From positions 4,494 through 68,493 of IMG/VR virus record IMGVR_UViG_3300021364_000016: a stretch of DNA of 64,000 nt; one strand, written 5' to 3'. Below are positions 9,253 to 18,832 of this stretch, in pieces. A program made the position numbers and the translations under genes. A model generated the notes under the pieces. That model was given only the letters and a program-made list of their open reading frames with translations, was not told the DNA's origin and made no database searches. Position 1 is the stretch's first letter. Each line of letters begins with the position of its first letter. Source of the stretch: a virus.

Positions 9253-9308
9253 GAAGTCATGAAACTCAAGCCAAAAAAGAGGAGGAGAAAGGCGAGTTTC
9301 ATGACTTC
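9253..9308 (-). terminator. Long hairpin plus U-tract; loop carries anti-SD CTCCTCCTC
   Basis: 15-bp perfect stem GAAGTCATGAAACTC/GAGTTTCATGACTTC followed on the - strand by ACA and T8. Confidence 0.6.
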
Positions 9309-9325
9309 AACTCGGTTGAACAGGT

Positions 9326-9469
9326 TTAACTGTTCCAAACTTTAAAAAGTTCATCTTGTTCACTAGCAGGTAGTGGACCAGAATACTCGCTATAAGCATT
9401 CAAATAGAAGACTACAGCATCTTTATATACCATCATGTGACGGCCATCACGATAATCATACCTATACAT
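9326..9469 (-). CDS. Early hypothetical protein
   Basis: GGAG SD before MYRYDY; coupled to upstream ORF. Confidence 0.5.
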   Translation of the reverse strand: MYRYDYRDGRHMMVYKDAVVFYLNAYSEYSGPLPASEQDELFKVWNS

Positions 9470-9662
9470 TGACTTCTCTCCTGTACATTTCTGGTGCGTA
9501 TTTATTCCATACTTCATAATTAGGATCTAGATCTTCTCGCATTCTGTAAAGAACTTTTCGTTGTTCACTACCAGCTGAAAAGACTCTAAAATCGTCAGAG
9601 TATTCGTAAGTCCAATCATGTGTTTGTAACCTACGAGTGTATTCTTCCATTGTTATTTCCAT
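9462..9662 (-). CDS. Early hypothetical protein
   Basis: HDWTYEYSDD motif seen in small phage proteins; coupled ORFs. Confidence 0.6.
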   Translation of the reverse strand: MEITMEEYTRRLQTHDWTYEYSDDFRVFSAGSEQRKVLYRMREDLDPNYEVWNKYAPEMYRREVNV

Positions 9663-9937
9663 AGTGGATTCCTCGTGTAAAGATAAACATCTGCGTGTGT
9701 AGCATATTTCAAAGGAAGAGACTGATCAAAAGCACGTCTACGACCTTTACCATAAACCATTTCTGAGAAGATCGCTCTTGGACCACGACCTTGAAGTTTT
9801 ACGTATTTCTGTTCTTGCCAAATTTCATTTGCAAGAGAAACACCTTTACGAAACTCTTGAAGACGATAAGCGTTAGATCCAACTGGCTTACCATCTTTCA
9901 TATCAACTGTAAAGCGATAACACTTAGAACGTTCCAT
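9653..9937 (-). CDS. Early hypothetical protein
   Basis: TAATG coupling with upstream ORF; GGAGG SD. Confidence 0.6.
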   Translation of the reverse strand: MERSKCYRFTVDMKDGKPVGSNAYRLQEFRKGVSLANEIWQEQKYVKLQGRGPRAIFSEMVYGKGRRRAFDQSLPLKYATHADVYLYTRNPLWK

Positions 9938-10482
9938 TATGCAGCCTCCGTCCATGGTTCATAAGTTACAATACCATCGAGCTTTTTGACAAGCTCTTTA
10001 CCGTAATCGGTAAACAGTATACCTTTATCCCAAACCCAAGATTCAACATCTTGACTGTGGAAGAACTTCTCATCTGAAGTTAACCAGCGAAGAGCTGTCT
10101 CTTCGTCACCTGCACCAAGATCAATGGTCTTTTGAACCAATGCTTTGAACTCAGCAAGGTCTCTAGCTTCAGCAGCTTTTTCAGCTTCGAAAGCCTCATT
10201 AGCAGCTTTGCTAATGTAGTCTGCTTCTTTTTGAAGCTCTTCCAATGACATGGATTTAAAGTCGTAATGACGACCTTTACAACCGAAGGCATTTTTATGG
10301 CCTTCGTAAATGTACATTTCGAGCTGATACCTTTCGTAATCAGCGACAGTATAGACACCATAATCAGCCCAGTGATCTAGGTCAGTGGTGATCATACCAG
10401 CCCAACGATTACCTGGATCTTCGTCAATCCAAGCTTGCGTCTTAGCGTTGATAGCTTCGATATGCTTAACCAATGAATTCAT
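9937..10482 (-). CDS. Early hypothetical protein
   Basis: First gene after promoter cassette 2; strong SD. Confidence 0.75.
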   Translation of the reverse strand: MNSLVKHIEAINAKTQAWIDEDPGNRWAGMITTDLDHWADYGVYTVADYERYQLEMYIYEGHKNAFGCKGRHYDFKSMSLEELQKEADYISKAANEAFEAEKAAEARDLAEFKALVQKTIDLGAGDEETALRWLTSDEKFFHSQDVESWVWDKGILFTDYGKELVKKLDGIVTYEPWTEAA

Positions 10483-10571
10483 AATCTTCTCCTCTTTTCA
10501 TTTTATAAGTATATTATATCATGCTTTTTTGGTAATGTAAACAAAAAAATGCATTTTATTTGCATTTTTTT
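10483..10571 (-). promoter_or_regulatory. Early promoter cassette copy 2
   Basis: TTTACA(10536-10541)-17-TATAAT(10513-10518); upstream AAAAAAATGCA/TGCATTTTTTT inverted repeat. Confidence 0.85.
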
Positions 10572-10586
10572 CGTTATACTTTAGTA

Positions 10587-10847
10587 TCATCCTATCTTGC
10601 CACATTCTACTGGATTGTCAGGCCAATGTATTCTACTTCTTAGATCATGAAATCCACCGATGTATTTTCCTTTGTCATCGAAAATTTGTGGAACAGTACG
10701 AAACTTTCTTTCTTTAAAAAGTTTTTGTGCTTCTTCATTTTCTAAAACTTTAACTTCTTCATACTCAATTTTTTCTTCTTTCAAAAGCTCCATTGCCGCA
10801 TCACAAAAGATACAGCCGGCTTTTGAATAAATCTTATATTTTGCCAT
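10587..10847 (-). CDS. Glutaredoxin (NrdH/NrdC-like)
   Basis: YSKAGCIFC, TVPQIF, YIGGF. Confidence 0.9.
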   Translation of the reverse strand: MAKYKIYSKAGCIFCDAAMELLKEEKIEYEEVKVLENEEAQKLFKERKFRTVPQIFDDKGKYIGGFHDLRSRIHWPDNPVECGKIG

Positions 10848-11028
10848 TCTTTTTCTTCTCCATTAAAATCAACGATCGCCAATGTTTTTCATATTCTTCT
10901 TGAGATAGAATAGGTTCACCAAATGCTTCTCTTTCTCTGCAGTTGGCGTAGTACATTTGACTAAAATTAGTAATATCCAATTCTTCTTCTTGATCTACTA
11001 AAGGGATTCCGAACGAGTGTTTTTCCAT
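10834..11028 (-). CDS. Hypothetical protein
   Basis: Coupled small ORF; start trimmed to MEKHSF. Confidence 0.5.
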   Translation of the reverse strand: MEKHSFGIPLVDQEEELDITNFSQMYYANCREREAFGEPILSQEEYEKHWRSLILMEKKKNGKI

Positions 11029-11432
11029 TTTTGTAAAAGCTCCTCTTGCATTGCATAAGCCTCTTTTTCCCAAGGCAGGTTAATGTATTCATCAACTGTA
11101 CTGTATGCGCTAAGATACTCAGTACCTTTCCATTTCTTAGTAAAAATATTTATATCTTGTGTTTCACCTCTAGCAAATTGCTTGACGTGTACCATTTCAT
11201 GGCATACAGCAGTAATAAAATCTTCTTCATCAAGAGTCTTTTCTATTTCAAGATTAAACTCTCGATCAGTAACAGCTAAACAATATCCATCTGCTTGAGG
11301 TAATTTATCAAGATGAATACAAATATCTAATGTCTTCATTCGTGGCATCATTTGATCGATACAAAAGTATGCTACATCTTCAGCAAGTTTTCTTTTCGAT
11401 TTGATTGAACCAAATGCTTGCACATCATTCAT
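10998..11432 (-). CDS. Putative zinc metallopeptidase (HExxH)
   Basis: AVCHEMVHVKQ ... PWEKEAY. Confidence 0.7.
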   Translation of the reverse strand: MNDVQAFGSIKSKRKLAEDVAYFCIDQMMPRMKTLDICIHLDKLPQADGYCLAVTDREFNLEIEKTLDEEDFITAVCHEMVHVKQFARGETQDINIFTKKWKGTEYLSAYSTVDEYINLPWEKEAYAMQEELLQKWKNTRSESL

Positions 11433-11908
11433 GCTGCAACCTCCATCTTCTTTGCTTCAATCATTGGATTAACAAGTTCACGTCTTAGATTTCTATATAC
11501 GTACTGAAATCCTTCACCATGACCACGATCATTTCTGAATTTCTTTCTCATAAATTCAGGCATCTTACCTTTACATGTGTACTGAACAAAGTGTGATACT
11601 TCATGAGCAACAAGAAGTAGTAGAATATCGTAATCATCTGTGACGTCGATCTGACCGATTACTTTATCTTTATTAAAGCGCTTGTACTCTGTCCAACGCT
11701 TGTTGCCAAACTGCCAACATTCAAGATTGATACTGATCTTACAGAATCCACCCCAAGAACGACCATTTGCCCTACGATATGTCTTAAGGTAATGTAGTGC
11801 TTTTCTTGAATCTTCAACTGTGAGATTCATCTCATATTTCTTCTTACGAAGTTCTTTCATGCAAAGCTTGACTGCTTTGATGACGTCTTTTTCTGTTACC
11901 ATAATCAT
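11429..11908 (-). CDS. Putative SprT-like HExxH protein
   Basis: LVAHEVSHFVQ ... GHGEGF. Confidence 0.6.
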   Translation of the reverse strand: MIMVTEKDVIKAVKLCMKELRKKKYEMNLTVEDSRKALHYLKTYRRANGRSWGGFCKISINLECWQFGNKRWTEYKRFNKDKVIGQIDVTDDYDILLLLVAHEVSHFVQYTCKGKMPEFMRKKFRNDRGHGEGFQYVYRNLRRELVNPMIEAKKMEVAA

Positions 11909-11990
11909 CTCCTCTCTTGATTATAATTATATTCTACACTATTTTTAAGCAAATGTACACAAAAAAATGCACTTTATTTAAATTTTTTTT
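11909..11990 (-). promoter_or_regulatory. Early promoter cassette copy 3
   Basis: TGCATTTTTTTG-TGTACA(11954-11959)-17-TAGAAT(11931-11936); GAGAGGAG SD. Confidence 0.8.
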
Positions 11991-12059
11991 ATTGAGCCTG
12001 GGAACAATGGTTGATAGACTATACACCATCATTTGACGAGCTCAACCTGAGTGCACAAA

Positions 12060-12145
12060 ACTTTTTTTCATAATAATGCATTTTTTTGTGTACATTTACT
12101 GAAAAGTGTTGTAGAATATACATATAATTGAAAAAGAGGAAATAT
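12060..12145 (+). promoter_or_regulatory. Early promoter cassette copy 4 (divergent from copy 3)
   Basis: TGCATTTTTTTG-TGTACA(12089-12094)-17-TAGAAT(12112-12117); GAGG SD. Confidence 0.8.
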
Positions 12146-12367
12146 ATGATACAAAGTGAAATAGGAAATATACCATTTAAATTAAAAGATCTATTCGACA
12201 ATTTTAATTCTTTGCCTACACAAAATCAAAGAATTCTATTTTTCGATGATCCTAAAAATATCGATGACATGTCTGAATTCGATATCAACATCGAAAATTG
12301 TAAAAAAGCTCAGATCGAAATCTGGAACAAAGCTTTTCCAAAAAAGAAATGGCCAATTAAGGAGTAG
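12146..12367 (+). CDS. Early hypothetical protein
   Basis: SD then ATG at 12146 after cassette 4. Confidence 0.6.
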   Translation: MIQSEIGNIPFKLKDLFDNFNSLPTQNQRILFFDDPKNIDDMSEFDINIENCKKAQIEIWNKAFPKKKWPIKE

Positions 12368-12370
12368 CAA

Positions 12371-13504
12371 ATGCCTTTACAAAAACGTAAAAAGAAAGTA
12401 CCACCATCTCGTCGTAGAATTGGTGTAACTCAGATTCCAATTGAAAAAGGTTGGGAATCAGTAAAATATTATTTTCATAATGAGATTGATAAAAAAGCAA
12501 ATGCCGAGTTCATTCGAACTTTTATCAAGAATCATTATACAAAAGATCAATACAAGAAGATCAACGCGAATCCTGAATATAAGTTCACAATGTTCAGTCA
12601 TTATGGTTGTACAGCATTCTGGGTAAATAGCGATCTTCCAATTGATGGTGATAAAAAGATACTTAGCCACATAGAATATCTTAAAAAGTTCTGTGATGAG
12701 TTACTTGAATCTGGTACAGTATTATATAAAGAAAAATTACTTGAACAAAAGCAAAAAGCAAACGTAATTGTTCTTTCACCTCAACAACGTCTTGAACGTA
12801 AGATCAATAGTACTATTATGATCGATCTCGATGATCTAGAAGATGCTTGGATTGAGGGCGAAAAAGCTGATATTGATGTCTATACACTTTTTCGTAAACA
12901 TGGTTTGACAGGGTCTGCTACTCTTCCTGTCAAAAAGGTGGTTGAGGGATGGCTACTTGATTATGAAGATGCCTACCATAAACGATGTGAACAAGCTGTT
13001 GAAGGGTATTCTCACTTGAAACGGCCTGAACTCAACCGCCGCATTAAAGTTTGTAAACAAATTCTTGATGATCTTGAACGAGTAAAGCTTGCATCAAAAG
13101 CAAAACGTGTTGGTCGTATTAAAAAACCTGTTACAGCAGACAAACAGATATCAAGAATGAAATACGCAAAAGATAACAAAGATTTTAAGATTGTATCGAT
13201 TCCACCGGTAACAATCGTCGGTCAAACAAGACTCTATACATTTAATTGTAAGACTCGAGTCTTAGCTGAGTATGTTACTGGTGATCCAAAAGGATTTATC
13301 ATTAGTGGATCTACAATCAAGAATTTTGATAAAGAGCTAAGTAGACAAGTACGACTTCGTAAACCAGAAGAATTTCTGACAGAAGTATCTAAAAAGTCTC
13401 CGAATCAAATTAACAACGCTTGGAAAAATCTGACAACTAAAACGTCTGTTCCAAACGGTCGTATCAATCAAGATACAGTTTTATTAAGGGTAGTGAATAA
13501 ATGA
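12371..13504 (+). CDS. Hypothetical protein upstream of gp33
   Basis: 377 aa ORF, AGGAG SD, coupled to gp33. Confidence 0.75.
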   Translation: MPLQKRKKKVPPSRRRIGVTQIPIEKGWESVKYYFHNEIDKKANAEFIRTFIKNHYTKDQYKKINANPEYKFTMFSHYGCTAFWVNSDLPIDGDKKILSHIEYLKKFCDELLESGTVLYKEKLLEQKQKANVIVLSPQQRLERKINSTIMIDLDDLEDAWIEGEKADIDVYTLFRKHGLTGSATLPVKKVVEGWLLDYEDAYHKRCEQAVEGYSHLKRPELNRRIKVCKQILDDLERVKLASKAKRVGRIKKPVTADKQISRMKYAKDNKDFKIVSIPPVTIVGQTRLYTFNCKTRVLAEYVTGDPKGFIISGSTIKNFDKELSRQVRLRKPEEFLTEVSKKSPNQINNAWKNLTTKTSVPNGRINQDTVLLRVVNK

Positions 13505-13740
13505 TAGAACAACAATTTTTAACTAAGAGTAAATTTACTAAACTCGTTGAGAGTACAGTAAGTGAGCTCAAAGTTCCTTACATGGAAGCAATTCTGCATC
13601 TGTGTGAGAAAAATAGCATCGAACCTGAAGATGTCAAGAAATTCATATCGCCTATTATAAAAGATAAGGTCGAGGCAGAAGCAATGAATCTAAACTTTTT
13701 GCCAAAAACTGCATCTTTAGATAGTGCTTTTATTGAATAG
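13501..13740 (+). CDS. gp33: Late transcription co-activator gp33
   Basis: FTKLVE..V......YMEAILHLCEKNSIEPE.V.K.IS..IKDKVEAEA..LNFL; upstream of gp32. Confidence 0.85.
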   Translation: MIEQQFLTKSKFTKLVESTVSELKVPYMEAILHLCEKNSIEPEDVKKFISPIIKDKVEAEAMNLNFLPKTASLDSAFIE

Positions 13741-13764
13741 TTGTATATATAATATACGTATCAG

Positions 13765-13793
13765 TGTACATCTGTGCGCGGGTATGATATAAT
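13765..13793 (+). promoter_or_regulatory. Sigma70-type promoter for gp32
   Basis: TGTACA-17-TATAAT with extended TG; AU-rich leader with two ATATTACAG copies. Confidence 0.65.
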
Positions 13794-13838
13794 ATACATA
13801 TTACAGTTAATATTACAGCAATACAAGGAAACATACAT

Positions 13839-14726
13839 ATGTCATTCGAAAATCTAAAACGCAATCGCGATCAAATCTCAAAATTAGTTCAAGCAGCCGA
13901 ATCAGTCGGCGGTGGAGAAACCAAATCTTACGTAGATGATAGAATCTGGAAACCAACAGTTGATAAAGCTGGTAATGGTTATGCTGTTCTACGATTTCTT
14001 CCTGCAGCTGAAGGCCAAGAACTTCCATGGGTAAGGTACTGGGATCATGGCTTTAAAGGACCAACCGGTCTGTGGTATATCGAAAACTCACTTACATCTA
14101 TTGGTCAGACTGATCCAGTTGGTGAACTTAACTCAAGACTATGGAATTCTGGGATTGAATCGGATAAAGAAAGAGCAAGAACACAAAAACGTAGACTTCA
14201 CTACGTAACCAATGTTCTTGTTGTTCAAGATCCTTCTGCACCTCAAAACGAAGGCAAGGTATTCATCTATAAGTTTGGTAAAAAGATCTTTGATAAAATC
14301 ATGGATCAAATGCAACCTTCTTTCCAAGATGAAAAAGCCGTCAATCCTTTTGATTTCTGGGAAGGTGCTGATTTCAAATTAAAAATTCGTCAAGTAGAAG
14401 GTTATCGTAATTACGATAAATCTGAATTTGCATCGCCAACAGCTCTATATGAGTCAGATGATACAAAGCTTGAAGGTGTATATAATCAACTTTATGATCT
14501 TGGTGAATTCACCGATCCTAAGAATTATAAAACCTACGATGAATTGAAGACTAAGTTGGCTAGAGTTCTCGGTGAAGAAGCCGCTGGTGGAGCTCCTACC
14601 ATGGCTCAAGAAGCTCAAATGAATGAGCCTAAACCTTTTGAACCAGCTACAGCTGAGTCAGTAGAAACTACTAATGATGATGAAGATACAATGTCTTATT
14701 TTGCTCGATTGGCAAATGAAGACTAA
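13839..14726 (+). CDS. gp32: Single-stranded DNA binding protein gp32
   Basis: DDRIWKP..DKAGNGYAVLRFLP, HGFKGPTG.WYIENSL, FDFWEGADFKLKIR, acidic tail YFARLA. Confidence 0.97.
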   Translation: MSFENLKRNRDQISKLVQAAESVGGGETKSYVDDRIWKPTVDKAGNGYAVLRFLPAAEGQELPWVRYWDHGFKGPTGLWYIENSLTSIGQTDPVGELNSRLWNSGIESDKERARTQKRRLHYVTNVLVVQDPSAPQNEGKVFIYKFGKKIFDKIMDQMQPSFQDEKAVNPFDFWEGADFKLKIRQVEGYRNYDKSEFASPTALYESDDTKLEGVYNQLYDLGEFTDPKNYKTYDELKTKLARVLGEEAAGGAPTMAQEAQMNEPKPFEPATAESVETTNDDEDTMSYFARLANED

Positions 14727-14756
14727 AAAAGAAAGGGAGCTTCGGCTCCCTTTTTT
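14727..14756. terminator. Bidirectional intrinsic terminator
   Basis: A-tract, GGGAGC-TTCG-GCTCCC, T-tract between convergent genes. Confidence 0.9.
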
Positions 14757-15396
14757 ATTTACTATAAATTGTCGTTGTTACGTTATCAGGAACATCTTCC
14801 TTTGAATTATAGATTTTATAATTATCATGCGTGTGATGTAAGATAAATTGAGTTTTAGGAAACTCGTTAAATATTCCTCTAAAAACCGGTCTCCAGTTAT
14901 TTGCTAATCTATTCGTATTCATATTATCTCTATCCGAATTAATAATAAAATCAGAAGTACTTCTTAGATTAAAATCAAAAATAGAGTCAAATCCAAATAT
15001 ATTGACTTGATCTGCTTTCATTTTGCGCGCAGCATAATGTATAGCCATATGACCACAACTCCAATTAGTATAACCTTGGCCTGGACCTTCGCCTGGCATC
15101 ATAGAATATTTTGGAAGATCTAAATAAAATTCTTTTACCTGTTGAGCTCTTTGCATATAGAATCCCGGGTTTTTGTCCATCCACATTTTTGGTCTAAAGC
15201 CAAGTACCCACTCTCCGGCGACGTCTACTTCGCCTTTAGTTAAAGCTCTCATAAATTTAAAATCTACAATACATGTAGCATAATGATTTTCTACCGTAAA
15301 AGGTGCAACATTACAAGTTAAATTCAGGCCGGGTCTTTTTTCTCTTTCATAAAGAGCGTGATTATCTCCGTTTCCTATAACATTAACAACTTTCAT
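14755..15396 (-). CDS. Hypothetical glycan-modifying protein (GT-like, VIGNG...FGFD)
   Basis: VNVIGNG and IFGFDS motifs; last gene of the GT cluster. Confidence 0.45.
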   Translation of the reverse strand: MKVVNVIGNGDNHALYEREKRPGLNLTCNVAPFTVENHYATCIVDFKFMRALTKGEVDVAGEWVLGFRPKMWMDKNPGFYMQRAQQVKEFYLDLPKYSMMPGEGPGQGYTNWSCGHMAIHYAARKMKADQVNIFGFDSIFDFNLRSTSDFIINSDRDNMNTNRLANNWRPVFRGIFNEFPKTQFILHHTHDNYKIYNSKEDVPDNVTTTIYSK

Positions 15397-15398
15397 AA

Positions 15399-16076
15399 TT
15401 ATCTCCAATACTCCTTTACCCAACTTTGAGGATGATATGTTGTCATTGGTGTAGTTACACTTTCATTCATCGCTTGTATAATACTTGGTCGACCATGAAA
15501 ACACACAATAGATGTTTTATCATCTAATTTGTCTGGATATATTTGATACTTATATGATTTTAATCTGCCCGGATAGAGATGCTGAATTAGATCTCTTTGC
15601 ATTGGATTGAGAACAGCATGTAAATATTCACCATCACCTCTATAAATGTCCATGTAACCTGGATCAAAGCTTTTCCATAAATTAGCTACCATAAGAGGAT
15701 TCCATGACATCACACCAGTTTGAAATACATTTTTTAAATGCGGTTGATGAGCATTAACAGAACCAACATCTTCAATTCCTAATAAATTTCCTTGATATTC
15801 AAATAACCAATCAATATCATTTACGATTAAAGTGTCTAAATCAAAATAGATTGCTCTTTGTCCTAATGAATGAATAGGATCAAATAATTGTAATTTATTC
15901 CACCAGCCAGGATATCCTGGTTTCAAAATCTTAGTGCTATATCCTGCAACTTGATGAGTTGAAAAAACGTGAAATTTAAAATCATGTGTGGTATTTCTTT
16001 TTACCATTGATTTTAAATTTTCTACATAGGAAAATGGAAACTTATCTCCCCACCAAACACATACTACATTAATCAT
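15399..16076 (-). CDS. Glycosyltransferase (GT-A)
   Basis: VVCVWWGDKF, GWWNKLQLF, YFDLD, IVCFHGRP. Confidence 0.75.
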   Translation of the reverse strand: MINVVCVWWGDKFPFSYVENLKSMVKRNTTHDFKFHVFSTHQVAGYSTKILKPGYPGWWNKLQLFDPIHSLGQRAIYFDLDTLIVNDIDWLFEYQGNLLGIEDVGSVNAHQPHLKNVFQTGVMSWNPLMVANLWKSFDPGYMDIYRGDGEYLHAVLNPMQRDLIQHLYPGRLKSYKYQIYPDKLDDKTSIVCFHGRPSIIQAMNESVTTPMTTYHPQSWVKEYWR

Positions 16077-16720
16077 TTCAAATATTCATATCCATCTTTA
16101 TAATTATGTTTTGCTAAACAACCATTTTCTCTTTGAATAGTTGAAAATGTATCGTCTGCTCTGCAACTCCAAGGATAACTTTCTTGAAGCCACGGAAATA
16201 AATTCATATTGAGATACACATCTGTAGGTGCTGCGTATTTCTTGGCAGCTTCAACTATCATCTTAGCGCCTTTTGGTGTAACTATATAACCGTGTGCTCC
16301 ACCAAAATAATTTTTTTGTGTTAATGGTCCTACACCTATAAACATAGGAGTATTATATTTTCCGTATGAAGGTTGAGAAAATGTTATTGCTCCGGAATAA
16401 CCAATTGTAGGAATATTGCTGTCTACAACGGCGTCATGCTCGAAAATGATATAGTCCTCATTATTTTCTACTGCCATAGTCCATAGAGTGTAATGAGACA
16501 AAAATGCTGCCATGGCATTTTGCGACTTAGAATATTTTTCATCAAAGTTCTTAGTTGTTAAACCAAGATCTTTAAATCTTTTTTGAGGATCATGTTTAGG
16601 TGTAATTGCTTTAAACATCTGAACGTCAAGACCGGCATTTCTTTTTGCCGTTGATATACAACGTTCGGCAGCCTCAACGGATTTTTGATTATCCATAATA
16701 GTTATAACGTATGATTTCAT
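16073..16720 (-). CDS. Glycosyltransferase family 25-like
   Basis: YVITI, AFLSHY.LW, IFEHDA, GAHGYIVTPKGA. Confidence 0.8.
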   Translation of the reverse strand: MKSYVITIMDNQKSVEAAERCISTAKRNAGLDVQMFKAITPKHDPQKRFKDLGLTTKNFDEKYSKSQNAMAAFLSHYTLWTMAVENNEDYIIFEHDAVVDSNIPTIGYSGAITFSQPSYGKYNTPMFIGVGPLTQKNYFGGAHGYIVTPKGAKMIVEAAKKYAAPTDVYLNMNLFPWLQESYPWSCRADDTFSTIQRENGCLAKHNYKDGYEYLK

Positions 16721-17415
16721 AATGTAGTTGTTGACCTTATTCCTTGAATTTTAGTGTAAAATGTTTTTGTGACACCTAATGAACGAACTAATTGTCTACA
16801 CATTAATGCATCGTTTGGCCATGCTCCGTATTCTTTGGCCAATTCAATCATAGTATTAGCTCCATTAGGTTTTATTATATATGCGCTGTTTCCTGCTAGT
16901 CCTTGTGGTATCGATACGTAATCAACTTCAGGTGCCCGCTGATACTCTTGAGAGGTAGACATAATAATATCATGATAGTCTTTAGATTTACGTGTTGCCA
17001 TTAAAGGATTATTGATTCCTAAAATGTCAAATGGAGAATCCCATAAAACTTGTTCTAAATCTAAATTTCGAATAAAAACTGCGTCGTGTTCTAAAACTAA
17101 TATAGGTTGATCTTCTTCTCTACATCGATGCCATAATCTATAATGACTCATAAAACATGCAATACGTTTTCTCGGATCTGCTGTTGTATAAGCGTTCTTA
17201 ATTAATCCACTTTTAAAATCATTTTCTGATCCTGACCAAGGATAATTCCATTCTAAACCTGCTGCTTTAAGAGAAACTTCAGCTAATTTGGCAGTGGTAG
17301 CATTGACTGTTTCGATCTCAAAAGTATTTTCGAATTCTTTGTGAGAAGCTTTACAGACTCGTGCAGCCCTAACAGAATCTTCATTATCTTCTAATGTAAT
17401 AATATAAGCTTTCAT
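16717..17415 (-). CDS. Glycosyltransferase family 25-like
   Basis: ACFMSHYRLW, VLEHDA, AYIIKPNGA. Confidence 0.8.
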   Translation of the reverse strand: MKAYIITLEDNEDSVRAARVCKASHKEFENTFEIETVNATTAKLAEVSLKAAGLEWNYPWSGSENDFKSGLIKNAYTTADPRKRIACFMSHYRLWHRCREEDQPILVLEHDAVFIRNLDLEQVLWDSPFDILGINNPLMATRKSKDYHDIIMSTSQEYQRAPEVDYVSIPQGLAGNSAYIIKPNGANTMIELAKEYGAWPNDALMCRQLVRSLGVTKTFYTKIQGIRSTTTL

Positions 17416-18023
17416 TAGATCATCATCATAAATTGTGTTTCACCACGACGTTCGATTTTGAAATTATAATACTCTATAAAATGATCGACCGCTTGTGTAA
17501 CACCTTCTTTTGCTTTCCATTTTGTATTCGGCCAACCATAGTCGTCACCCATAATTAATCCGTATTTTCTTACTACATTAAGAGAATTTTCTAAATCAAA
17601 TAATGTTCCTTCATAGCTGTGATCACCATCGATATAAATCCAATCTAATTTTTCTCCTTTGAAATTTTCAAACCATTCCTTCGAAGTCATTCGATGAATA
17701 TGAACACGAGAGTCTAACATAAATTTATCTTCTACAGATTTAAAAACATCATTATAATATTTAGTAAATGCCTTTTCACTTTTTTCTACTTTTAAAAGTC
17801 TAGCATATTTACTTAAATATTCGTCATAGCTTTTATATTCTTCACTTTGTTTGTAAGGTTCGCAGCTCCAAGAATCGACTAAATGAATTTTTCTAATACC
17901 TCTATTCAAGAATGCAGCAGAAGTGTTTCCTCTCCAAACACCAATTTCAGCTCCAACGCTATGAGGTTTTACTTCTTTTACGATGTTATTAACTGCATCT
18001 TGATTTGTATGTGTTGCCATCAT
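17415..18023 (-). CDS. Class I SAM methyltransferase (Methyltransf_24-like)
   Basis: GAEIGVWRG, LVDSW, DWIYIDGDHSYE, GDDY. Confidence 0.85.
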   Translation of the reverse strand: MMATHTNQDAVNNIVKEVKPHSVGAEIGVWRGNTSAAFLNRGIRKIHLVDSWSCEPYKQSEEYKSYDEYLSKYARLLKVEKSEKAFTKYYNDVFKSVEDKFMLDSRVHIHRMTSKEWFENFKGEKLDWIYIDGDHSYEGTLFDLENSLNVVRKYGLIMGDDYGWPNTKWKAKEGVTQAVDHFIEYYNFKIERRGETQFMMMI

Positions 18024-18832
18024 CTGTCCATCTCCATAATTGCCACGTTATTATCTATAGCTCTTAAAACGTGATGAGATTTAGCAAAACCTTTATTACA
18101 ATATAATCTAATTTGAGTAGGTTCCATATATAAATTGGCTAAATGAAAGAATCCAGAATCTGTTCCAATATGATAGGACGCTTTGCTCATCGCATAACCT
18201 GCTTCTTTTATTCCAGTAAAGGGTGATCCTTTTGCTTCTCCACCTACAATAACCATATCATAGCCTCGATGCGCATAATATCCTTTGATTTGTTCAATTT
18301 TCATAGGAGATATTTTTCTAATATCTGCAGGGTTATCTTGCCATGAAGGAACACCATTTGAATCAAATTGAAATGTCACGAATCTTTCTGGCAATCTTAA
18401 ATCGCTGACAATAGGTTTTAAACAAGGATAATTTGTTAAATATTCAGAAGCGTCAAATAAATCTAATCCTTCTACTAAATCTCGAGGTCCTGTATAATCG
18501 CTATAATAATATGTTTGAGCTTCAATACCTTTTCTCTGTAAATATTTTATCCAATTGACTTCTTGTAAATTAGATACTTTATGAGCTTCTATCTGTAAGG
18601 AACCTTTTGGAAAAAGAGATAATATTTCGGTCCATGAATTAATTTTAAAATCACTTTCCTGATCTCTGTAAATACCCCATTTATCCCAAGTCAAATGTAA
18701 TGTTACTGGTGTGTTGTGTTTTAGATGATAGTTATAACCTATCATACAAGCTTGTATTCTATCACCTAATCCAGGTGTAGTATATGGAGCAATTTTTCTA
18801 TTGCTCAGAGATCTAAGTGCTATGTGTTTCAT
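18020..18832 (-). CDS. Putative GT-B glycosyltransferase
   Basis: GLGDRI and HIGTDSGFFHLA (GT9/GT11-like) motifs. Confidence 0.6.
   Translation of the reverse strand: MKHIALRSLSNRKIAPYTTPGLGDRIQACMIGYNYHLKHNTPVTLHLTWDKWGIYRDQESDFKINSWTEILSLFPKGSLQIEAHKVSNLQEVNWIKYLQRKGIEAQTYYYSDYTGPRDLVEGLDLFDASEYLTNYPCLKPIVSDLRLPERFVTFQFDSNGVPSWQDNPADIRKISPMKIEQIKGYYAHRGYDMVIVGGEAKGSPFTGIKEAGYAMSKASYHIGTDSGFFHLANLYMEPTQIRLYCNKGFAKSHHVLRAIDNNVAIMEMDR

Noticed and set aside
12019-12201. 60-aa - strand ORF across the divergent promoters
   Set aside because: It overlaps promoter cassette 4 and the + strand gene; low-complexity translation
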